In this document: one piece after another, positions 48,643 through 58,502 of the stretch
How the letters are laid out: every line of letters starts with the position of its first letter
Position numbering within the stretch: the first letter of the stretch is position 1
Source: an uncultured Candidatus Saccharibacteria bacterium
GTDB lineage: Bacteria > Patescibacteriota > Minisyncoccia > Phycocordibacterales > PALSA-1337
Reading direction: 5' to 3'
Assembly: GCA_964459225.1 (NCBI GenBank)
Contig: CAYWKB010000001.1
Coordinates: forward strand, 354,777 to 418,776
Length of the DNA stretch: 64,000 bases
Made by a program: the position numbers and the translations under genes
The notes under the pieces: generated by a model
What the model saw: only the letters and a program-made list of their open reading frames with translations
Told to the model about the DNA's origin: nothing
Database searches by the model: none

Positions 48643-50898
48643 ATGAATAACAATATAAATACAGTTTTGAAGTATGCGGTTATTATTGGGCTTTTTATTA
48701 TACCTTTTACTCCGCTTTATATAGCTAACACTTTATTTTTCCCGTTCATTGCTGGTAAGGCATTTATGTTTAGGGTAATAGTTGAAATTGTATTTGCATT
48801 GTGGCTTATACTTTTGCTAAGAGAAAGGGGTACAAGTACAGCTGGTACAGACAGGAGTGTTGCTCCAAGAATAAATTCACTCACAGTTACTGTTACTGTA
48901 TTTACTCTAGTTATCTTTATCGCCGATATGTTTGGCTTAAACTTCATAAGAAGTATTTGGTCAAATTATGAAAGAATGGAAGGATTTATAACTATATCTC
49001 ATTTATGGTTGTATTATATTGTTGCTACTAGTATGTTTGGTGAAGGTGAATACGCAAAGAAAAACTGGAAAGTATTTTTGAATATCATATTGACTGCAGG
49101 ATTCTTTACAGCAATTTATGGATTATTCCAATATTTTGGTAAGGCAGATATTCATCAAGGTTCATCAAGAATAGACGCGTCTCTCGGTAACTCTGCATAC
49201 ATGGCGGTTTATATGCTTATAAATGCATTTATCGCACTATACCTGGCAATAGTATCATTTAAAAATAAGTCTCTGATAGCATTATATTCAGTACTATTTT
49301 CTTTGTATTCATTTTTACTATTTCAAACAGCAACAAGAGGTACAATACTAGGTTGGATTGCCTCAGTTTTGGTAATTTGTGCAATTTATTCAGTATTTGG
49401 AAGAAAGTCTAAGGGTCAATCAAATGTATCAAGAGTTATCTCAGGTTCAGTAATAGTAATTGTAATCATCTCAGGTATTGCATTCTACTTTAATAGAGAT
49501 TCACAATTTATCAAAAATAATTCAGTTCTAGCACGTTTGGCAACTATATCTATTTCAGATACAAAGACTCAAGCAAGAGGATTTATTTGGCCAATGGCAG
49601 TAAAGGGAGTTATGGAAAGCCCAAAGACAATAATATTGGGTGTAGGACAAGAAAATTTCAATTATATTTTCAACAAAAATTACAATCCACTAATGTGGAA
49701 GCATGAACAATGGTTTGATAGAGCACACAGTGTGTTTTTGGACTGGTTAGTTGCTGGAGGTGTATTGGGACTTATTGCATATTTGTCACTCTATGTATTA
49801 TCACTTGTATACATATTAAAAAGCGATTTAACTATTGGACAAAAGTCAGTTTTGATAGGACTTATTACGGGATATGGAATACATAATATATTCGTATTCG
49901 ATAATCAAACAAGTTATATCATGTTCTTTTCTCTTCTTGCTTATGTACATTCGTTTAGAAAAGGCAAAATCAATAAAGTATTCCTAAATAAAGATAAAGG
50001 TTTGACTGAAGATTATATTACCGTTAGAGATTATGTCTGTATTCCAGTTGTTGTAATAGTATTTATTGCTGCGCAGTATTTTATAAATGTACGCGCTTTA
50101 CAGGCTAACAAAGCAATAGTTAACAATCTAATATTATGTAATGGGGGTGGCAAAAATCTTACAGTTAAAAATCTTGAAATAGTATTTAAAATGGATCAAA
50201 CTGTTGCAAATCAAGAGGCTAGAGAGCAACTTATGTCATGTATATCTGGAATAATTAATGGAGGAGATTCACAACAAAGAAAGGCAGAATTTTATGTATT
50301 AGCAAATAAAGAAATAGAAAAGCAAATAGCAACAACACCAAATGATGCAAGAATATATATTATTGCTGGAAGCTTCTATAATACAATAGGGGATTATAAT
50401 AAAGCTCTACCATTACTCGAAAAAGCACGTCAATTATCTCCAAGTAAACAAACAATAGCTTTTGAATTAGCGTTAAATTATATAAATACTGGAAAAAGAA
50501 AAGAAGCAGTTGAATTAACAAAGAGTACTTATGAATTAGCTAAGGAAAATGATTCAGCTAAGGTTGCATATATAATTTCACTTATATCAAATAATCAAGA
50601 ATCAATTGCAAAAACAGAGTTTAAAGATGATAAAGAGATATTTAAAGATCCAAGAGTTATAAATGCATATCTTGCAAATAAACAATACGCTAAAGCGATT
50701 GATTTATATAAAGAAATATTAAAGTCTAATCCGGATGATCAAAATGTATATTCTGCTCTAGCCTCAGCATATCTTATGGATAAACAAGATTACATGGCCA
50801 TTCAAACTCTTAAAGACGCTGCGGTTAAGTTTCCAATTATAAAGACTCAAATAGATTCAATAATTAAACAAATTCAAGAAGGAAAATTTAATCGATAA
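48643..50898 (+). CDS. O-antigen ligase/polymerase-family (Wzy_C) polytopic membrane protein with C-terminal TPR repeats; candidate O-oligosaccharyltransferase
   Basis: ~12 TM helices with Wzy_C-like topology. The C-terminal ~250 aa form soluble TPR-like repeats (ALPLLEKARQLSP..., AYLANKQYAKAIDLYKEILKSNPDD...). Confidence 0.55.
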   Translation: MNNNINTVLKYAVIIGLFIIPFTPLYIANTLFFPFIAGKAFMFRVIVEIVFALWLILLLRERGTSTAGTDRSVAPRINSLTVTVTVFTLVIFIADMFGLNFIRSIWSNYERMEGFITISHLWLYYIVATSMFGEGEYAKKNWKVFLNIILTAGFFTAIYGLFQYFGKADIHQGSSRIDASLGNSAYMAVYMLINAFIALYLAIVSFKNKSLIALYSVLFSLYSFLLFQTATRGTILGWIASVLVICAIYSVFGRKSKGQSNVSRVISGSVIVIVIISGIAFYFNRDSQFIKNNSVLARLATISISDTKTQARGFIWPMAVKGVMESPKTIILGVGQENFNYIFNKNYNPLMWKHEQWFDRAHSVFLDWLVAGGVLGLIAYLSLYVLSLVYILKSDLTIGQKSVLIGLITGYGIHNIFVFDNQTSYIMFFSLLAYVHSFRKGKINKVFLNKDKGLTEDYITVRDYVCIPVVVIVFIAAQYFINVRALQANKAIVNNLILCNGGGKNLTVKNLEIVFKMDQTVANQEAREQLMSCISGIINGGDSQQRKAEFYVLANKEIEKQIATTPNDARIYIIAGSFYNTIGDYNKALPLLEKARQLSPSKQTIAFELALNYINTGKRKEAVELTKSTYELAKENDSAKVAYIISLISNNQESIAKTEFKDDKEIFKDPRVINAYLANKQYAKAIDLYKEILKSNPDDQNVYSALASAYLMDKQDYMAIQTLKDAAVKFPIIKTQIDSIIKQIQEGKFNR

Positions 50899-51553
50899 TA
50901 TATCCTCTACCGGGAATATTCCTTAAAATATCTCTCTTTCCGTTTGTATTGATCTTTTTCCTGAGATTTAATATGTGAGCTTCAACGGTATTTGAAAAAG
51001 GATCACTTTCTGAATTCCAAACATATTCCATTATCATACCTCTAGATAATATGATTCCTCTGTTTCTGACTAGGTATTCTAGGAGATTGTATGTTTTGCG
51101 GGTTAAATATATTTGTCTGCCATCTCTCCTAACTGTCTTTTTAATTGTATCAATTACCATATCATCGACCCTTAATATACTTTCCTCCATTGTTTTTGGT
51201 CTACGACCTACTGCTCTTATTCGTGCTTTCAGCTCTTCGAGTGAAAAAGGTTTTGTTATATAGTCATCTGCACCGATATTTAATGCATTTACCTTTTTTC
51301 TTAATTCATTATGAATTGAAAGGAAAATAATTGGCGTAGAATCACCGGTTTTACGTATTTCGTCACATATTTCCATACCATTTTTGCTTGGTAGCGAATT
51401 ATCCATGATAATAACATCATAATTATTTGTCTTTGCCATAAACAATCCAGCCTGACCATCGTGCGATACCTCTACATTAAATGAGTCTTCAGTAAGCCCC
51501 AATCTAATATTATACGAAACTTCCTTATCATCCTCTATTAATAATATTTTCAT
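50888..51553 (-). CDS. OmpR/PhoB-type response regulator (orphan; no kinase in window)
   Basis: Receiver MKILLIEDD...DVIIMDNSLP and a winged-helix C-terminus ...LTRKTYNLLEYLVRNRGIILSRGMIMEYVW. Confidence 0.85.
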   Translation of the reverse strand: MKILLIEDDKEVSYNIRLGLTEDSFNVEVSHDGQAGLFMAKTNNYDVIIMDNSLPSKNGMEICDEIRKTGDSTPIIFLSIHNELRKKVNALNIGADDYITKPFSLEELKARIRAVGRRPKTMEESILRVDDMVIDTIKKTVRRDGRQIYLTRKTYNLLEYLVRNRGIILSRGMIMEYVWNSESDPFSNTVEAHILNLRKKINTNGKRDILRNIPGRGYIID

Positions 51554-51664
51554 ACACTGATTATATGTGATTCAAACATATTAATCATTTATTTTTGTGG
51601 AAATCATGCATAATAATTTTATCAGGATTTTATCATAAATATGGTATAATGATTTATCAATAAA

Positions 51665-52951
51665 ATGGCAGATATAAATCCAAGCTTTTTCGCAAGTATT
51701 CTTATACATTTGGAATCAATATTGAGGCATGGTGGTTATACTGTGCTATTTATGGTCTCATTACTTGAAGGATTCCCAATTATCGGGCAATTTATACCCG
51801 GACATACTATAGTTATATTTTCCGGATTCCTTACCAAAATTTCAGTGTTAAATATTAAAATAGTTTTACCTCTTGTTGTCTTGGGTGCAATGATAGGGGA
51901 TATAATAGGATATTTAATAGGTAAAAAGTTTGGATTTGTATTTTTAAATAAATATGGAAAGTATTTTTTTATTACTGAAGCACATATTGAAAAAGCAAAA
52001 AAATTAATTAAAGATCATGTGGGTAAGACTATTATTTTGGGTAGATTTAGTCCTATCACAAGACAATTAACTCCATATATAGTAGGTGCAAGTGATATAC
52101 ATATTAAATCATTTTGGATATATGACTTACTTGGCGTTTTGATATGGTCCGCCACCTCTATAGGTATCGGATATATGTTTGGGGCAAGTTATCATATTGT
52201 TGCAGGAATATTCGGTAAATTTATTGTAGTCGCAATTATTATATCTATTATATTAATTTGGGCATATAAGTTTATAAATAAAGAATTCCACCTTTTTGCA
52301 AAGTATGAATTAATCACATTAGGTTTAAATATTTCAAGCCTCTATATCTTTTTTAAGACCCTGCAAGATGCAACAAGCAATAGTTCTTATATGTCAGAAT
52401 TAGATATATGGTTTAATGTGTTTATCAATGAAAGAACGACGACATGGGGATTGTATTTTATGAATTTGGTAGATAATTTCTTCAATATTAATACATTAAT
52501 TATCTGTACATTAATATGCACAACATATCTTATTTTTAAGAAAAAATGGAGATACACATTTATTACAATAATTTCAATCGGTCTCGGACCGATATTAAAC
52601 GGGTTTTTAAAGGAATTAATAATGAGAGATAGACCAATAAACAGTGTAATACTTGAAACAGGCTATAGTTTCCCAAGTGGGCATGCTATGGCTGTGACTG
52701 TGTTTTTTACTCTATTAATTTACTTTTTCATCGGCAATGTTAAAAACATACTATATAGAGAGTCCCTGATACTACTTTCTGTATTAATTATTTTGACTAT
52801 TTCATTTAGTAGATTATATCTTGGAGTTCATTGGCTAACCGATATTATTGCAGGTATTTCATTTGGATTGTTTTGGACAACATTTACTATACTATCAGTT
52901 AGATATATAGGAATGATTGTTTCTAGGATATTTAAAAGCAATAAAAACTAG
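51665..52951 (+). CDS. DedA-family membrane protein fused to a PAP2 (type 2 phosphatidic acid phosphatase / undecaprenyl-diphosphatase-like) domain
   Basis: DedA signature region (LEGFPIIGQFIPGHTIVIFSGFL...ILGRFSPITRQLTPYIVGAS). The C-terminus has PAP2 motifs KELIMRDRP (Kx6RP), PSGH and SRLYLGVHWLTD (SRx5Hx3D). Confidence 0.75.
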   Translation: MADINPSFFASILIHLESILRHGGYTVLFMVSLLEGFPIIGQFIPGHTIVIFSGFLTKISVLNIKIVLPLVVLGAMIGDIIGYLIGKKFGFVFLNKYGKYFFITEAHIEKAKKLIKDHVGKTIILGRFSPITRQLTPYIVGASDIHIKSFWIYDLLGVLIWSATSIGIGYMFGASYHIVAGIFGKFIVVAIIISIILIWAYKFINKEFHLFAKYELITLGLNISSLYIFFKTLQDATSNSSYMSELDIWFNVFINERTTTWGLYFMNLVDNFFNINTLIICTLICTTYLIFKKKWRYTFITIISIGLGPILNGFLKELIMRDRPINSVILETGYSFPSGHAMAVTVFFTLLIYFFIGNVKNILYRESLILLSVLIILTISFSRLYLGVHWLTDIIAGISFGLFWTTFTILSVRYIGMIVSRIFKSNKN

Positions 52952-54474
52952 ATTAATGGCTTGCCAGTCATTTCATTTGGTTTATCTATATTCATTAACT
53001 TTAAAATAGTAGGAGCGATATCTGATAAACCACCATCATTTAGCTTATATTTATTTGATGTAAGTATTGCTGGTACAGGATTTATGGTATGTGAAGTATG
53101 TTTTGTTCCAGTATTTTCATCTATGTTTACTTCTGCATTACCATGATCAGCTGTTATAAATGCTATACCACCAACTGCTTCCAATTCATCCATAACTCTT
53201 CCAAGTTCGGTATCAACAGTTTCAATAGCTTTTATTATCGCTGGTACATTTGCTGTATGACCTACCATATCTGGATTTGCAAAATTTATAAATATAAAAT
53301 CAACACCTTTTTTAATTTCGAGAATAGCTTTGTCCGCAATATCATGAGCCTTCATTTCTGGAGCCTCATCATGTGTTTTAACATCCTTTCTGCTTGGTAG
53401 CATGATATCTACCTCACCTTCATAAGGCTTTTCTCTTCCGCCATTTAGGAAATATGTTGCATGGGCAAATTTCTCCGTTTCTGCTATATGTGACTGTTTA
53501 TAACCTACTCTTGAAATTTCACTACCTAATGTTTTTGTGATGTTTGTAGGAGGGAATGCAACATGACAAATATAATCTACACAATACTCAGTAAGTGTAA
53601 CAACATATATATTATCTGCTTTTTGTTTTTCAATTAATTTTTGAGTTAACATTCTTGCGCGATCTGCTCTAAAATTAAAGAAAAACACCCCGTCATTTTT
53701 ATTTAGTGCACAACCTATTCCTTCGGTGTTTGCGCAAACTGTTGGTTCTAACAATTCATCATTAACTCCATTTTTGTATTGATTTTCAAGATAAAGTGAT
53801 GGTTTAATGTCGCAGATATTACCTTTACACTCAAACATTGCCTTTTCAACTCTCGCTAATCTGTCCCAATTATTATCTCTATCCATGGCATAATATCTAC
53901 CTGATATTGTTGCAATGAAAAACTTTGAATTACCAGTACTATTTAATTCATCAATCAGTATTTCGAGGCTTTTTATAAACTCACTTGCACTTTGTGGTGC
54001 AGTATCTCTACCATCAGTAAAAACATGAATTGCTACCTTACTTATATTTTGTTTTTTTGCCTCTTTAAGAAAAGCAAAAAGGTGATTTTGATGACTGTGA
54101 ACACCACCATTACTTACTAATCCTTGAACATGTAGTACGGAATTATTTTTCTTTACATGTTCAAATAGGGAAGTAAAAGCAGGATTTACTCCGTATTCAC
54201 CATTTGATATTGCTTTGTCTATTCTTACTAGATCAGTGTCTGCAGGTTTACCTGAACCAATTGTTGTATGTCCTACTTCACTATTTCCCATTTGTCCTTC
54301 TGGTAGCCCTACAGCATTACCTGAAGCTTTTAATAATGAATGTGGAAATTTACTCCATAGAGAGTTAAACACAGGTGTTTTTGAAGCCAAAATAGCATTA
54401 TCTTTTTTGCTTTCCCTATATCCCCAGCCGTCCAAGACTATTAACATTACTGGTTTTTGTGAAGACATACTCAT
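52948..54474 (-). CDS. gpmI: 2,3-bisphosphoglycerate-independent phosphoglycerate mutase
   Basis: VMLIVLDGWGYRE N-terminus and metal-binding HG/DHGN motifs. 508 aa. Confidence 0.9.
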   Translation of the reverse strand: MSMSSQKPVMLIVLDGWGYRESKKDNAILASKTPVFNSLWSKFPHSLLKASGNAVGLPEGQMGNSEVGHTTIGSGKPADTDLVRIDKAISNGEYGVNPAFTSLFEHVKKNNSVLHVQGLVSNGGVHSHQNHLFAFLKEAKKQNISKVAIHVFTDGRDTAPQSASEFIKSLEILIDELNSTGNSKFFIATISGRYYAMDRDNNWDRLARVEKAMFECKGNICDIKPSLYLENQYKNGVNDELLEPTVCANTEGIGCALNKNDGVFFFNFRADRARMLTQKLIEKQKADNIYVVTLTEYCVDYICHVAFPPTNITKTLGSEISRVGYKQSHIAETEKFAHATYFLNGGREKPYEGEVDIMLPSRKDVKTHDEAPEMKAHDIADKAILEIKKGVDFIFINFANPDMVGHTANVPAIIKAIETVDTELGRVMDELEAVGGIAFITADHGNAEVNIDENTGTKHTSHTINPVPAILTSNKYKLNDGGLSDIAPTILKLMNIDKPNEMTGKPLI

Positions 54475-54482
54475 ATTATATA

Positions 54483-55817
<1,335 letters not shown>

Positions 55818-55865
55818 TTATTATAAAATACAAAAAAATAAATTTTAAAAAATGGTATAATATTT

Positions 55866-57293
55866 ATGCAAAATAATCACATGATTAAAAAGTTTTTTGA
55901 AAATAAATACCTTCCAATACTGACTATAATAGCAGTTAGTCTAATCACTCATTTTATTTTCTTTGGTTATCCTAGTTCTGTTGTATTTGATGAAGTGCAT
56001 ATAGGGAAATACATAATGTGGCATTTACAAGGTAGCTACTTTTTTGATGTACATCCGCCACTCGGTAGACTTATTTTTGCTTTTTTCGCTTATATTTTTA
56101 ATGATGGTAATTTCAATGTTGATTTCAATAAAATAGGTAATACATTACCACATTGGATAATTATGCTCAGATTAATACCAACATTATTTGGTATTGCACT
56201 CCCACTTGTCTGTTATGGGATTTCAAATAGATTAAAAATTGATAAGGTATTGTCATTTATAGGAGCAATATTTATTTGTTTTGAAAATTCACTTATAGTT
56301 CAATCTAGATTTATACTCACTGATAGTTTTATTTTGTTTTTTGGCTTTATTTCAATTTATATTTATTTGATTTATAGAGATAATCTTAATAGTAAAAATA
56401 ATTGGATAATATTGTACTCATCAATTTTCTTCGCGAGTTTAACATTTAGTATTAAGTGGATTGGACTTTCTTTTATTGGGACAATATTTTTCTTTGAAAT
56501 AATTTCCTATATCAAATTTGGATTTAAGAGATTTACTATTGATTCGCTTAAGTTTTCGATGATTTCATTTATAATATTTATGTCTGTTTACATGTCTATA
56601 TTTGCAATACACTTTAAAGTTTTGCCTAAAACTGGCGATGGGGATCCATATATGTCCGAAGCATTTCAAAAGACATTAATAGGTAATAAAAATGAAAATA
56701 ACAGTGCGATAATTCCTAAGGATAAATTTATAAGTAAATTTGCCGAATTAAATGCTGAAATGATAAGTGCAAATAATAGACTTACGCAAAAACACGACTA
56801 TTCAAGCCTTTGGTATACATGGCCAATTATGAAAAGACCAATTTATTATTGGAATTCTGGAGATGATAAAAGTATTATAAATATGGTAGGGGAAAAGTCT
56901 CATATATATTTTATTGGTAATCCTTTCCTGTATTGGTTTGGGGCATTAAGTATTATTGTTTTAATAATTATTTCACTGATTAAATATAAAGAAATTCAGA
57001 AAAATTATTCTACAAATTTGATTTTATTTGGATATTTTATAAATTTCTTACCTTTTATATTTATCGGAAGAGTTATGTTTTTATACCATTATGCATGTGC
57101 ACTAGTCTTTGGTATTTTAGCAATTATTATTTTAATAAATAAAATAAAAGGTGAAAATGAGAGAAAAATAACAGCAACATTACTATTAATAATTGTTACT
57201 ATGTCCTATATATACTTCAGTCCACTTACATATGGACTTGCTCTAAATGATACACAATTACAAAATAGGATTTGGATCTCTAGTTGGAGATAG
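55866..57293 (+). CDS. Dolichyl/polyprenyl-phosphate-mannose protein O-mannosyltransferase (PMT family, GT39)
   Basis: VVFDEVHIGKYIMWHLQGSYFFDVHPPLGRL closely matches the PMT loop-1 DE motif. Polytopic membrane protein. Confidence 0.8.
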   Translation: MQNNHMIKKFFENKYLPILTIIAVSLITHFIFFGYPSSVVFDEVHIGKYIMWHLQGSYFFDVHPPLGRLIFAFFAYIFNDGNFNVDFNKIGNTLPHWIIMLRLIPTLFGIALPLVCYGISNRLKIDKVLSFIGAIFICFENSLIVQSRFILTDSFILFFGFISIYIYLIYRDNLNSKNNWIILYSSIFFASLTFSIKWIGLSFIGTIFFFEIISYIKFGFKRFTIDSLKFSMISFIIFMSVYMSIFAIHFKVLPKTGDGDPYMSEAFQKTLIGNKNENNSAIIPKDKFISKFAELNAEMISANNRLTQKHDYSSLWYTWPIMKRPIYYWNSGDDKSIINMVGEKSHIYFIGNPFLYWFGALSIIVLIIISLIKYKEIQKNYSTNLILFGYFINFLPFIFIGRVMFLYHYACALVFGILAIIILINKIKGENERKITATLLLIIVTMSYIYFSPLTYGLALNDTQLQNRIWISSWR

Positions 57294-58466
57294 TTATTTT
57301 GTATCTCTAATCATAAATATTGGATAAATAGTTAATAAGACTATTATCCCAAGTATTGCAAATAAATACTTTTCATCAACATATACTAAACCCACAGTTG
57401 TTATAAGTGGTGCAACAAAATACGAAGCGGGTCTCGTTGTTCTAAACATACTTAGCATTTCTGGATCCCTGCCGTCTATTTTTTTGAAAAAATAAGTTTC
57501 AATCATCATTTCAGCAGCTGCTGCACCAATACGTGTAATAAATAATAGTATTGCCCAGATAAAAATATTTTTATCTGTAAATAAAACTAAAGATATTGTT
57601 GAAATACCCATAATTAAAAAACCAAGTATCATCATTTCCTTTTCGCCCCACTTTTTGTCTGCTAATTTACCAAGTGGTAATTCGATAATTACAAAAGGGA
57701 TAAGCATTATTGTTAAAATTATGCTTATTTCTTGCCAGTTAAAACCAATATGATTGTGTAGATATAGTGGAGCATATACTGTCATCCAAGCGTAAAATGT
57801 CTGCAGTACTATATTAACAATAAAAATTTTTGAAATGTCTTTATTTTTAATGATTCTAATTAATGTTTCTCCAATTGAAATCTTTTCGTATTTTGAATCA
57901 TGGAATTTATTGAAATTTTTATAGACCAAATATAGTAAAGGGAATAATAGAGCAAATGATGCAATGTATATATTTTTGTAATTTTCACCGACGAGTAGGA
58001 ATCCTCCAAGCATAGGACCAAATATCCAAGCAGCATTTATAGCGGTCATATACACCCCTCTAATTGTTCCTGTATGTCCTATTTCAGTGTTTTTCTGAAG
58101 GAATATATCAAAAGTAAATATAATCATATTTATCATAGATAATCCTAAGATAAAAAGTGGTATTAGGGTTTTATCTGAATCTGAATTGATTATTCCAAAA
58201 AATATAACTATTTGTAGTATTATAAAAATTAAAGAGGTTCTTAGATTTCCTATCTTTTTTAATAATACATTTATACTTAAAAAGCCCAAGATTGTAACTA
58301 TAGAAATAATAAAATAAATTAGTCCTATAGACTTTTCATCTATATATTGAGATAAAAAGCTAGAATTATAATAGGCAGGTAGTGCAATATGTAGTGCAGA
58401 AAGAAAGCCAATTATGGCAAGAGAATAAAGAGCTGCTGATTTTTTAATTCCTTCACTATGTCTCAT
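57294..58466 (-). CDS. MFS-type transporter
   Basis: ~12 TM segments. 390 aa. Confidence 0.55.
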   Translation of the reverse strand: MRHSEGIKKSAALYSLAIIGFLSALHIALPAYYNSSFLSQYIDEKSIGLIYFIISIVTILGFLSINVLLKKIGNLRTSLIFIILQIVIFFGIINSDSDKTLIPLFILGLSMINMIIFTFDIFLQKNTEIGHTGTIRGVYMTAINAAWIFGPMLGGFLLVGENYKNIYIASFALLFPLLYLVYKNFNKFHDSKYEKISIGETLIRIIKNKDISKIFIVNIVLQTFYAWMTVYAPLYLHNHIGFNWQEISIILTIMLIPFVIIELPLGKLADKKWGEKEMMILGFLIMGISTISLVLFTDKNIFIWAILLFITRIGAAAAEMMIETYFFKKIDGRDPEMLSMFRTTRPASYFVAPLITTVGLVYVDEKYLFAILGIIVLLTIYPIFMIRDTK

Positions 58467-58502
58467 ACGCTAATTATTATAGCATATGAAAAATTACCTA
58501 AA

